A stretch of 46,369 nucleotides of DNA from a virus (taxonomy: Duplodnaviria > Caudoviricetes). The position numbers and the translations under genes were made by a program. The DNA lies in IMG/VR virus record IMGVR_UViG_3300012921_000005, positions 1 to 46,369 of that record, one strand, 5' to 3'. Positions 36,627 to 44,965 of this stretch are shown piece by piece (the first letter of the stretch is position 1; every line of letters starts with the position of its first letter). The notes under the pieces are model-generated. The model searched no databases. It saw nothing but the letters and a program-made list of their open reading frames with translations, and was not told the origin of the DNA.

Positions 36627-36628
36627 CG

Positions 36629-38170
36629 CTATGCCTCTCTGAGCAGAATGGTGTGGTTGAAGCCGTTCGCGGCCGAATCGTGCGCCGTCCAGGCCAGGCC
36701 CGACGACGGCCAGGCCGTGGTGTAGCTCGTCGTGTTGTAGTAGCTGATCGGGTAGGAGGAGCTCCCCAGGGCTGAGGTCACCGCCGGCGCGCCAGCGCGC
36801 CACGTGCGCAGGCCGATGGGTCCGGTGTTACTCCACCTCGCCCGGACGTAGCGCCCGGGTGGAAGCGTGGCCGCGACCACCGCCTCCTTTCCGCCCGTGG
36901 TGTCGCACGCGACCGTGCCCCCGTCGACGAGCACCGTCCCGACCGGCTGGTCGTTCGCATCGGCCGCGAAGATGCCGAGGCGCAGCTCGCTACTCGCGAC
37001 GGCCGTGGTCACCTCGACGGCGATCCGGTCGATGGTCATTGGCGCGCCTTGCACGGTAAACGGCTCGTAGTAGATGCGCCCGGCGACGTGGTTTACGGTT
37101 GTGATGACCGTGAAGTCGACGACGCCGGGGACGATGTAGAACCGGGTGGCGCCGGCCCGCGGGCGCCCGCGCGCGACCGCGCCGCCCCGGGCCGGGTCGA
37201 GGGTGCCGCTCGTGACCTTTGCCGCATCGAGGTTGGGGATGTCCGCGGCCACCAGGGCGCGCAGCGTCGGCGCAGCATCAGCGCCGCTGACTGGGCCGGC
37301 AAACACCCGGTTCGCCGGCTGGGGCTTGAGGGCGAGGGTGAGCGTGCCCGCGCCGGTGACCGGGCTTCCGGTGACGTCGTGCAGCACGCCCGAGGCGGCC
37401 AGGCCCACACTCGTCACCGTGCCCGGCTGGGCGCCGGCGGCCACCCCGTCGAGCTTGGCCTTGTCGCTGGCGCTCATAAAGCCGGCGGCGCTGTCGGTCG
37501 CGTCGGCGTGGCCGTGGCCCGTCGCAGCAGCGCCCACGTCGGCCGCCGTGAGCGTGGCCCACGCGGTGTCGTAGTCGGCACTGCTCGCCTTGCGCGGCAC
37601 CTGACCTGTCGTGCCGCCGGCGGGCAGCCCCGGCCCTGCGGGTCCGGTTGCCCCGGCCGCCCCGGCCGCCCCGGCGGGGCCCTGCGGCCCGGCAGGGCCA
37701 GCATCGCCCGTGTCGCCCTTTGGTCCCTGCGGCCCGGCGGGCCCGGCGGGCCCGGCGGGGCCTGCCACGCCCTCGCCCTCGCCCGCGCGGAGGTATTGGG
37801 GGTGCGGGTCGTCGGCGGCGACGTGCGCGTCGATCGCCGTGGTGATGGCCGACGGTGGCACCGCTGGGCCGCTGGCCGCGGCGAGCAGCGCGGCGAACGT
37901 GGTGGCAGGCCCGGCGGCCAGGGCGACGGTGAACGCGCCGTCGGGCGTCCAGATCGACCACTCAGCCGTGCCGGTCGCGGGGCAGATCAGGATGATGGTC
38001 ACCTCGCCCGCGGCGTCGCAGGTGCGGACGATGCCCGTGTCCGGCGTGGCGATGGTGGTGCCGTCGAGCGCCACCATGCGCCGTAAGGTGGCGCGCACGA
38101 GGTGGCCCCGCTTCGGGGTGCCGTCGGGGGAGACAAAGCGGCCGGTGACCGCGCGCAGTGTGTAGGCCAT
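36629..38170 (-). CDS. Collagen-repeat fibre protein
   Basis: About 15 Gly-X-Y triplets; HVAADDPHPQY, AGFMSASDKAKLDG and GTVTSV fibre motifs. Confidence 0.85.
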   Translation of the reverse strand: MAYTLRAVTGRFVSPDGTPKRGHLVRATLRRMVALDGTTIATPDTGIVRTCDAAGEVTIILICPATGTAEWSIWTPDGAFTVALAAGPATTFAALLAAASGPAVPPSAITTAIDAHVAADDPHPQYLRAGEGEGVAGPAGPAGPAGPQGPKGDTGDAGPAGPQGPAGAAGAAGATGPAGPGLPAGGTTGQVPRKASSADYDTAWATLTAADVGAAATGHGHADATDSAAGFMSASDKAKLDGVAAGAQPGTVTSVGLAASGVLHDVTGSPVTGAGTLTLALKPQPANRVFAGPVSGADAAPTLRALVAADIPNLDAAKVTSGTLDPARGGAVARGRPRAGATRFYIVPGVVDFTVITTVNHVAGRIYYEPFTVQGAPMTIDRIAVEVTTAVASSELRLGIFAADANDQPVGTVLVDGGTVACDTTGGKEAVVAATLPPGRYVRARWSNTGPIGLRTWRAGAPAVTSALGSSSYPISYYNTTSYTTAWPSSGLAWTAHDSAANGFNHTILLREA

Positions 38171-38173
38171 GGC

Positions 38174-38596
38174 CTAGGCCTCCCCTGTTGGGTCGTTGAG
38201 GGCGCCCACCGCCCGCGCGTGGGCGCTCGTGTCAGCGGCGTGCTGCGCCAGCTCCTTGCGCAGCGTGGCGACATCGGCGGCCACGGCCCGCACCATCGTC
38301 CAGAGCTCTGCCCGGTCGGCGGCGGCGTGGTCGGCCCGCCCGGCCATCCGGGCGTAATACTCCGCCATCTCCAGCGCGTGGCCCGCCATCGCCAGCTCGA
38401 CCGCGTCGTAGACGAGCGGGTCGACCTGCTCGCGCAGTTGGCGCTGGCTTTCCTGCAAGGCGCCGATCATGCCGTGGATCTCGCGCAGGAGGCGGTCGAC
38501 GTCGTGCCCGAAGGCGTAGATCGCCGCCCGCCGATCCTGCTGGTCGTCGGGGATGAGGCGGGCGATCGCGTCGAGGTGCTCGCGGAGCGATTTCAT
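38174..38596 (-). CDS. Coiled-coil protein in the lysis cassette
   Basis: Helical heptads; AAGGA RBS. Confidence 0.65.
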   Translation of the reverse strand: MKSLREHLDAIARLIPDDQQDRRAAIYAFGHDVDRLLREIHGMIGALQESQRQLREQVDPLVYDAVELAMAGHALEMAEYYARMAGRADHAAADRAELWTMVRAVAADVATLRKELAQHAADTSAHARAVGALNDPTGEA

Positions 38597-38611
38597 GGGG
38601 TGTGCCGGTCC

Positions 38612-38995
38612 TTAGATGAGGCGAAGCACCAAGAGCGTCAGCACGAAGAGCACGGCCGCGATGGTGAGGAGCTGCCGATCGAGCTTGCGCTGGCGCCGCG
38701 TGCGCTCCTCCTGCTCGGCCCGGCGCTCCGCCTCACGCTCGCGCCGCTCCGCGTCTCGCCGGGCGTCGAGGCTGGCGCGGAGCATGTCCTGCTCATCGCG
38801 CACCCGCTCCAGCTTCTGCGCAAGCCCCGTCGCGGTGCGCTCGTACGCCGCCGTGAGGCTGAGATAAAACTCCTGCTGCCGCTCCAGCGCCTGCATGAGC
38901 TGATCGCCGGTCAGGCCCTGGTACAGGTCGCGCCCGGCCGCGTCGCGGCGGGTGATGTCCCCGGTCTGGGAGCCGGGCGGGATGTCCGCTGTCAT
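38612..38995 (-). CDS. Coiled-coil protein with C-terminal TM (holin-like candidate)
   Basis: C-terminal LLTIAAVLFVLTLLVLRLI; follows the endolysin. Confidence 0.6.
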   Translation of the reverse strand: MTADIPPGSQTGDITRRDAAGRDLYQGLTGDQLMQALERQQEFYLSLTAAYERTATGLAQKLERVRDEQDMLRASLDARRDAERREREAERRAEQEERTRRQRKLDRQLLTIAAVLFVLTLLVLRLI

Positions 38996-39007
38996 CGCCG
39001 CCCCCGC

Positions 39008-40369
39008 TCATCGGCTCGCCGCCCAGAGCGCCTGGGCCGCCGACGCCAGCGTGTCCCCGTACTGCGGGTCCGCCGCCCAGCCGGCCCCCTCGCGGCCCAG
39101 CGGGTTGTGGGCAGTGGAAAGCTGGCGGAGGGTGCGGGCCGAGCCGTGGACGTGCCGGTCAAGCGGGCGGAACTGGAGCGCGGCCGTCACCAGCCCCTGC
39201 TGGATCGGCGAGCGCGCGCCCGGCCGGGTGGCGTAGGCCAGCAGCCGGCCAACCTGGGCCAGCACGCTGTCCTCCCAGCGCGCGAAGCCCACCGCCGGGC
39301 GGTAGCCGCCGACGTCCGCGTCGAAGACCGTGCCCGGGCGGGGGTGCGGCGTCGCCCGGGCCTTTGCCTCCCACACCCCGATCCCGTAGCCGTTGCGCAG
39401 GTTCGCGCCGTCCTTGTCGGTGCGCTGGCTGAGGGCCGAGGTGAGCCAGCCCGACTCGACCCCGAGCTGGGCCAGGGCCACGTACACGTCCACGCCGGCG
39501 GCCTGGCAGCGGCGCAGGGTCTCGGGGACGATCACGCGCCGGATCGGGTCGGCCGCCTCGCGGGTGTAGGGGCTGCCCTGGGCGTGGCAGTGGGCGAACA
39601 TCGCGTCCGCCAGGCGCGCCAGCGTGACGGGCGGCTGGGCCAGGATGGGGCTGTCGGCAGTGTAGGGCCGGGCGCCCGCCGCCAGGCCGCCCGCGCGCGG
39701 CGGCGGCGGAACGGTCGCGGCGAGGTAGGCCTCGGCCTGGGACCACACCCAGTCCTTGGTCACCGCCCGGCCGGGGCAGCTCTTCTGGTCGGTGTAGTCG
39801 CGGTGGAAGCTGATCAGCTGGCGGGGTGCGATGCCGAGGCGCCGGGACAGCCCGGCGAGCACGGCCAGGCTGTGCGCCCAGACGGCGCCGGCCGGGCGCG
39901 CGTCGTCGTAGTCGCCCACCATCTCCAGCCCGATGGAGTACCAGCCCTGGCGCACCGAGCCGTTGCCCGTGCCGGCGTGGATGCCGACCCGCGACATGGG
40001 CGTGGCGAGCCAGATCCCGTCGGGGGCGGTGAAGATGTGGGGCGCCGAGGTCCAGCCCTTCCCGGCGTAGAAGCGTTGCATCCCGCGCATGGTGGCGAGG
40101 CCCGCCCAGCCGTCCTCGGTGGGGACCAGGGTGTGGTGCAGCACCACGCGCGACGGGGCCAGGCTGCCGAAGTCGTAGCCGGCGACATACGACTCCCACT
40201 CGGCCACGCTCAGCCGGCGGTTGATGAACGGCGGCGCACCCACCGTGGGGAAGTCGCGCGGGGGCAGGGGGCTCCCACCCAGCACCAGCTCGTCGAACTG
40301 GAGCGGGGCCGGGCCCTCGTCGGGGTGGAGCATCTCGTCACTGTCGCGGGTCACCAACGGCTCGGTCAT
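39008..40369 (-). CDS. Endolysin: Amidase_2 plus glucosaminidase-like domain
   Basis: VVLHHT, GIHAG, SIGLEMVG and HRD..KSCPG; second domain ALAQLGVESG, NGYGI, WAADPQYG. Start at ATG 40369. Confidence 0.9.
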   Translation of the reverse strand: MTEPLVTRDSDEMLHPDEGPAPLQFDELVLGGSPLPPRDFPTVGAPPFINRRLSVAEWESYVAGYDFGSLAPSRVVLHHTLVPTEDGWAGLATMRGMQRFYAGKGWTSAPHIFTAPDGIWLATPMSRVGIHAGTGNGSVRQGWYSIGLEMVGDYDDARPAGAVWAHSLAVLAGLSRRLGIAPRQLISFHRDYTDQKSCPGRAVTKDWVWSQAEAYLAATVPPPPRAGGLAAGARPYTADSPILAQPPVTLARLADAMFAHCHAQGSPYTREAADPIRRVIVPETLRRCQAAGVDVYVALAQLGVESGWLTSALSQRTDKDGANLRNGYGIGVWEAKARATPHPRPGTVFDADVGGYRPAVGFARWEDSVLAQVGRLLAYATRPGARSPIQQGLVTAALQFRPLDRHVHGSARTLRQLSTAHNPLGREGAGWAADPQYGDTLASAAQALWAASR

Positions 40370-40402
40370 GGCGGGCCCCCAGGGTCGGCCGGACGTGTCG
40401 CC

Positions 40403-40432
40403 AGTATAGCGCGTTCTTGCCCTATTTGGCAA
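40403..40432 (-). promoter_or_regulatory. Putative late-operon promoter
   Basis: TTGCCA-18 bp-TATACT on the minus strand upstream of the endolysin. Confidence 0.55.
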
Positions 40433-40460
40433 TGGTTTGCTCGGTTTTACCTCGTTTTTA

Positions 40461-40507
40461 TTGCATTGTATTGCAACAAATGCTATACTGAGTGCAACGA
40501 AACGCAA
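40461..40507 (+). promoter_or_regulatory. Promoter with two TTGCA-N6-TGCAA operators
   Basis: TTGCAT-17 bp-TATACT; operators at 40461-40476 and 40492-40507 (degenerate). Confidence 0.8.
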
Positions 40508-40525
40508 TACACCGGGAGCACCGCC

Positions 40526-40948
40526 ATGACTGACCTGAGCACCGCGACCATCGCCACCGACGCCGAGCTCGCCGCCCTGCTGGGCCCGGGGTGGGTGGGC
40601 GACAGCAGCCCGCAGGCGTGGGCCGGCGACCCGTCCCACATCGCGGTGTATACGGTCCATCCCAGCGACCCGGCCGCCGTCGACGCCCTGCTCGGTGCGG
40701 TGTGGCGCGGGCCGCTGCGCGGCGAGTACGACGACGGCGCGTGGCACGAGCTCATCCCCGGCCACCTGTACGTGGTCGACCTCGACACCACGAAGAGCCA
40801 GCGCGACGACGTGCCGGACGCCTGGGACGCCCACAAGCACTGGCTCGTCGAGGGCACGCCCGTCCGCACGACCGACCGGCGCGGGCCCGGCACGAAGGGC
40901 ACGCGCGCCCACGCGGGGCTGGGCCCGGTGCTGATCGCCTGGAAGTAG
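40526..40948 (+). CDS. Hypothetical protein (140 aa)
   Basis: GGGAG RBS, high-GC3 codon use. Confidence 0.75.
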   Translation: MTDLSTATIATDAELAALLGPGWVGDSSPQAWAGDPSHIAVYTVHPSDPAAVDALLGAVWRGPLRGEYDDGAWHELIPGHLYVVDLDTTKSQRDDVPDAWDAHKHWLVEGTPVRTTDRRGPGTKGTRAHAGLGPVLIAWK

Positions 40949-40974
40949 GGGACAAGGGGACAAGGAGGCGACCG

Positions 40975-41202
40975 ATGGAAACAATCACCGGCACGGTTGT
41001 GATGGTGCTGCCCGGCCCGAGCGGGCTGACGATCGCGCTTCGGACCACCAGCGGGCCGCGCGTGGGACTCGCCACCGGCCCCCTCGCCGGCCAGCTCGCC
41101 GGCACGATGCAGGCGGGCGAGGTGTGGAGCCTCGACGTGTACCCCAACACCATCGTCGCGGCGGCGCGCTTCGGCGCACCAGCACCAGCGCCGGCGGGGT
41201 AG
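40975..41202 (+). CDS. Hypothetical protein (75 aa)
   Basis: AAGGAGG RBS. Confidence 0.7.
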   Translation: METITGTVVMVLPGPSGLTIALRTTSGPRVGLATGPLAGQLAGTMQAGEVWSLDVYPNTIVAAARFGAPAPAPAG

Positions 41203-41215
41203 GCCCGGCGCACAC

Positions 41216-41255
41216 ACCACCGCGCCCCGGATCGGGTGATCCGGGGCGCGGTGGT
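41216..41255. terminator. Hairpin between convergent genes
   Basis: 18-bp stem ACCACCGCGCCCCGGATC/GATCCGGGGCGCGGTGGT with a 4-nt loop. Confidence 0.8.
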
Positions 41256-41261
41256 TGTTGG

Positions 41262-41762
41262 CTACAGCAGCCCGAGGGAGGCGTTGGTCACGGCCCCCTC
41301 GCCACGATGATGCAGCGCGGCGGCATCGTAGGCCAGCGCAGCCTCGCGGGGGTCGGTGAACAGACCAAGGCGTACCTGGCGCATGTTCACACGGATCTGC
41401 GCGCGCCACTTGCCTGCTCGCTTGTCCCAGCTCACACCCCGGTACAAGGGGGCGGCTGGCCGCGGAAAGCGCCGGGGGTGGCGGCTTCGGCGACGGCGCA
41501 CCACGCGCAGGTTGCTGCGCCGGTTGTCGAGTCCATCGCCGTTGAGGTGATCCACCGTCGCCCCGGCGGGCGGCGCCAGCAGCAAGCGGTGCATCCGAAT
41601 CACTTCCCCATCGACGCGGGCCTGGGCATAACGACCGACGCTTAAACTCCAGCGGTACGGCGCCACCAGCGCAAAGTCAGCGCGGTCGACCAGCGCGAAC
41701 TTGCCCGCCCCGCGCTTGCCGCTCAGCGCGATCCGAATCTCGGCTACAATGTGCTCAGCCAT
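41262..41762 (-). CDS. HNH endonuclease with AP2 domain
   Basis: VDHLNGDGLDNRRSNLR (HNH) and YRGV..KWRAQI..LGLF..EAALAYDAAA (AP2). Confidence 0.93.
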   Translation of the reverse strand: MAEHIVAEIRIALSGKRGAGKFALVDRADFALVAPYRWSLSVGRYAQARVDGEVIRMHRLLLAPPAGATVDHLNGDGLDNRRSNLRVVRRRRSRHPRRFPRPAAPLYRGVSWDKRAGKWRAQIRVNMRQVRLGLFTDPREAALAYDAAALHHRGEGAVTNASLGLL

Positions 41763-41837
41763 CGGAAGTCACCTCTTCCCTGGTAAGCGGTCCGCCTCGG
41801 TCTGACCACCGGGCGGGCCGCGCTCGTGTGTGGCCTT

Positions 41838-41927
41838 AGTATACCACGCGCATTGCACTGTGTGTCAATAATTATGGCACTTATTGCAATCTGTGTCTTG
41901 ACAGCCACACCAGGAGGGTGCTATAGT
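41838..41927. promoter_or_regulatory. Divergent promoters
   Basis: Minus: TTGACA (41863-41868), 19 bp, TATACT (41838-41843) with TGn extension. Plus: TTGACA (41898-41903), 18 bp, TATAGT (41922-41927). Confidence 0.65.
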
Positions 41928-41972
41928 CGGCGCATCGCATCAGAAAGCCAAACCGGCATGAGCCAGAAGCCC

Positions 41973-42298
41973 CAAAGTGTAGAAAGTGTCGCAAAGTGTT
42001 GAAATCAAAAAGCTACACTTTCAAGGGCGTCCCAACGGCCTATTCGGCCAATTTTAACCAAAGTGTAGAAGTGTAGCCCCCCCCTCTCTCTAAAACCAAT
42101 AAATCAGTTTGAGATCACCTTTTTCGCTACGGTAATTTTTGACACCCTAGCCCTTCACAGCAATGCGCTGATCGAGAGAATGGCGATTCGACGTTACACC
42201 AGCTACACCAAGGTTAAAATGGCAGTTTACGGCATTGGGACGGCTCAGAAAGTGTAGAAGCTCAAGTGCTACACCAAGCTACACCAAGCTACACTTTG
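41973..42298. repeat. ~105-bp imperfect inverted repeat built of GTGTAG/CTACAC iterons around an AT-rich spacer (candidate origin)
   Basis: Arms 41973-42077 and 42193-42298 share blocks CTACACTTTC, CGTCCCAA and TTTTAACC in inverted order. Confidence 0.85.
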
Positions 42299-42306
42299 CG
42301 CAGCAC

Positions 42307-42338
42307 AAGGCCCCCGAGTCAGGCGACTCGGGGGCCTT
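42307..42338. terminator. Probable bidirectional terminator hairpin
   Basis: AAGGCCCCCGAGTC-AGGC-GACTCGGGGGCCTT just after the terS-like stop. Confidence 0.8.
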
Positions 42339-42359
42339 TGCGGTGACGGGCTGCGCGGC

Positions 42360-42995
42360 TTAGGGCTTGAGGTGCGCGGTGATCTCCGCCTCGAGGGCGG
42401 CCAGCTCCGCCTCGCTCATCTGGGCAAGCTCTTCGGGGGAGGGCACGCGCAGGTCGATGCGCTCGTGGCTGGTGGGCTCACCCGCGACCAGGCGCCCGGC
42501 GTCGGTCACGGCCTTGAGCAGGGCGGCCACGTCGCGCAGCGTGCCCTTGGGGGCCTCGCGCCGGGTGACGACCTTCATGCGCCGCCCGTCCTCGTCGGCC
42601 GTCACCTCCTCGGTGACGGTGGTCTCGATCGCCGTCTGCTCCAGCAGCTCGCGCACCCGGGCGATGCCGGCCTCGGCCGCCGCCCACACCGTCTCGTTGA
42701 ACTGCGCGGCCCGCCGGCGCCGCTCGGCCTCGCGCGCGGCCAGCTGGGCCTGGGCCTGCTGGGCGTCGTAGGCCGCCACGCGCTCCTGCCAGTGGAACTC
42801 CGCGGACCACACCTTGAGCTGGCTGAGCTGCCGGGTGGGCGGCTTCTCCGGGCCGACTCTAGGCCGGGCCCGGTACGCAGCCTCCAGCTGCGCCAGCGAG
42901 CGCCCCGGCCCGAGGGCGGCGTACTCACAGAGCGCCGTGTGAACCTTGGAGGGCTCGGCGTAGCGGGCCAGCGGGGTGTCGGGGTTCCAGTCCAT
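42360..42995 (-). CDS. Putative terminase small subunit
   Basis: EY..LGPGRSL...WS.EFHWQERVAAYD HTH-type pattern, helical middle region and EELAQMSEAEL tail. Confidence 0.65.
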   Translation of the reverse strand: MDWNPDTPLARYAEPSKVHTALCEYAALGPGRSLAQLEAAYRARPRVGPEKPPTRQLSQLKVWSAEFHWQERVAAYDAQQAQAQLAAREAERRRRAAQFNETVWAAAEAGIARVRELLEQTAIETTVTEEVTADEDGRRMKVVTRREAPKGTLRDVAALLKAVTDAGRLVAGEPTSHERIDLRVPSPEELAQMSEAELAALEAEITAHLKP

Positions 42996-43053
42996 AGGGA
43001 GAGTATAGCACACCCCTATTGCAACGAAGTGCAATGCGTGCTAGGATGGGGCC
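42996..43053. promoter_or_regulatory. Back-to-back leaderless promoters sharing one operator
   Basis: Plus: TTGCAA-17-TAGGAT-6-ATG. Minus: TGC-TATACT-6-ATG. Operator at 43019-43034. Confidence 0.7.
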
Positions 43054-43533
43054 ATGAGCACGACGGCTACCGCAACGACCGCCCGCCCCCGCGCGGCCAG
43101 CCCCGCCACGCGCGCCCGCCGCCTGCGCGCGCTGGCCGAGGAGCTGGGGGTGAGCCTGCGCACGCTGGAGCAGGACTGCCGGGCCCTGGTGAGCGATGCC
43201 GCCGTGGAACAGCAGTCACAGGCCCAGCGCGAGCGCGCGGCGCGCCAGCAGCGCCTCGGGGCCCTGCTGGCCGCGGCCGGCGACGAACTGCCCGATCTGG
43301 GCGTCCTGGCGGCCGAGCTCGGCGTCAGCACGGCCACCATCTCCCGCGACCTGCGCGCGCTGGGCGTGTCCACGCGCCTGCGGGCCGGGGTGCGGCGCCG
43401 CGCGCGCCACCAGCGGCTGCGCGCGCTGCTCGCCGAGGCCCCGCCGCTCAGCCAGGCCGAGATGGCCCGGCGGCTCGGCGTGGACGGGGCCACCATCGTC
43501 CGCGACCTGCGCGACCTCGGCATCGAGCGCTAA
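43054..43533 (+). CDS. DNA-binding protein with three tandem DeoR/HTH_11-like motifs
   Basis: LAEELGVSLRTLEQD, LAAELGVSTATISRD and MARRLGVDGATIVRD. Confidence 0.85.
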   Translation: MSTTATATTARPRAASPATRARRLRALAEELGVSLRTLEQDCRALVSDAAVEQQSQAQRERAARQQRLGALLAAAGDELPDLGVLAAELGVSTATISRDLRALGVSTRLRAGVRRRARHQRLRALLAEAPPLSQAEMARRLGVDGATIVRDLRDLGIER

Positions 43534-43588
43534 CCCCTCCATCGTCAGCTCGCTCCTGACCCCGTGCCCCGATCCCGGGCGCGGGGTC

Positions 43589-43635
43589 TTGCATTGTGTT
43601 GCAACATCTGCTATACTCATTGCAACGAAGTGCAA
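43589..43635 (+). promoter_or_regulatory. Promoter with two TTGCA-N6-TGCAA operators
   Basis: TTGCAT-17 bp-TATACT; operators at 43589-43604 and 43620-43635; near copy of 40461-40507. Confidence 0.85.
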
Positions 43636-43653
43636 CAGCAGCGGAGACACCCC

Positions 43654-43905
43654 ATGGCCACCATCCACCTCGACGACGCGTTCGCTGCCGACCGCGAGCT
43701 CGCAGCCGTCGTCAGCGTCTTCCAGATGGCGCGGGTGGCGATCGACGCCATCATCGTCGGCGTGGACCGGCTGGGGCGCGAGCTGCTGCCGGTGGCCCAG
43801 GCGCCCGGCGACGACGCCGACCAGGCCTACCTGGCGCTGAGCGGCATCATCGACAGCCTGATCGCCCTCGACGAGGTGCTGCGCGACGTGCTGCGGCGGA
43901 TCTAG
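43654..43905 (+). CDS. Small helical hypothetical protein
   Basis: GGAG RBS; first gene after the promoter. Confidence 0.7.
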   Translation: MATIHLDDAFAADRELAAVVSVFQMARVAIDAIIVGVDRLGRELLPVAQAPGDDADQAYLALSGIIDSLIALDEVLRDVLRRI

Positions 43906-44072
43906 CCGCGATCGGCGGCTGGGGTGAGGCATCTGACCCCAGCCGCGGGCAGCGGATGGACCGCTGCCGCAAGCGCGCGCGGAGGTGTGGCCCGTCCTGG
44001 TGTGTGGATGTTGTTGCCGTGGACGGGGTGGCGGGTCTCGCCACCCCGAACGCGACCCGAAGGAGGACGACG

Positions 44073-44345
44073 ATGGATCGGATCGCAACCCTGCGCCGCC
44101 TGGTGGCCGCCTACGAAGCCGAGCTGCCGATGGGCGAGACCTCGTGGGACATCAACGGCAGCGTGTGCCGCGAGCCCGAGGATGGCAGCGCGTGGTACTG
44201 CGAGCGCCAGGGGAAGAAGTTCTGGCTGGTCCGCCTGCCGGCGCGCTACAACACCCCCGCGCTGCGGGCGGTCCTGCGCGCGCGCCGGTCGGCCTCGGCA
44301 GCGGTGTGGGCAGCCGCCGATCGCGCGCTGCGGGCGGAGGCGTAG
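44073..44345 (+). CDS. Hypothetical protein
   Basis: AAGGAGG RBS. Confidence 0.7.
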   Translation: MDRIATLRRLVAAYEAELPMGETSWDINGSVCREPEDGSAWYCERQGKKFWLVRLPARYNTPALRAVLRARRSASAAVWAAADRALRAEA

Positions 44346-44346
44346 G

Positions 44347-44571
44347 ATGGCGCAGCCCTGGACCTACGGCCACGACCACACCCTGTACCTGCGCCAGCTC
44401 GGGCGCACGTATGTGGTCAACCCCGACATGGCACGGCCGTTCCTGGCGGGCCTGCCCCCGCGCGACCAGGTCGTGGTGGCGGCCGAGGTCGCGCTGGCGC
44501 GGGCGGCCCGCGAGGAGCCGGTGGTGCCAATGGACGCGCTGCACGATGAGCTGTTCGGAGGCGAGCCGTGA
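44347..44571 (+). CDS. Hypothetical protein
   Basis: GGAGG RBS, coupled. Confidence 0.65.
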   Translation: MAQPWTYGHDHTLYLRQLGRTYVVNPDMARPFLAGLPPRDQVVVAAEVALARAAREEPVVPMDALHDELFGGEP

Positions 44572-44942
44572 TCGACCTGACGCCCGCCGCTTACCACGCC
44601 GCGTTGGTCGGCCTCCAGATCGGCGACGTGGTGCCGGCCGCGATCTACGTGGCGGACTACCGCGACGGTGGCCGCCCGGCGTGGACGGTGGTCGGCCGTG
44701 AGGCGCTGGGCGAGTGCGGCGTGATGCTGACCCTGGTCGACCCCGGCACGGGCGACATGCTCGATCAGGTCGGCTGCATCGTGCTGGCCTTTCCCGAGAA
44801 GGTGCTGCGTACGCGACTCCAGCCGCACGGACTGACCGGGCCGGCGATCGTGGGCAATCAGCTGTGCAGCCTGCTTCAGCAGGCCCGGCGGGCGGCGAAG
44901 GTGGCCGAGCTGGCTGACGAGGACGAGGGAGGCAAGGAGTGA
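44568..44942 (+). CDS. Hypothetical protein
   Basis: GTGA coupling, GGAGG RBS. Confidence 0.65.
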   Translation: MIDLTPAAYHAALVGLQIGDVVPAAIYVADYRDGGRPAWTVVGREALGECGVMLTLVDPGTGDMLDQVGCIVLAFPEKVLRTRLQPHGLTGPAIVGNQLCSLLQQARRAAKVAELADEDEGGKE

Positions 44943-44965
44943 ACACGCCAGAAAGGATCGTCCGC

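Noticed and set aside
37630-37765. GC-rich 9-bp DNA repeats
   Set aside because: Explained by collagen Gly-Pro-Ala codons.
32814-38170. Diversity-generating retroelement or invertible fibre cassette
   Set aside because: No reverse transcriptase, template/variable repeat pair or invertase was seen in the window.
41973-42298. CRISPR array or MITE
   Set aside because: The repeats are hexamers without unique spacers, the arms are too diverged, and no target duplication or cas genes were seen.
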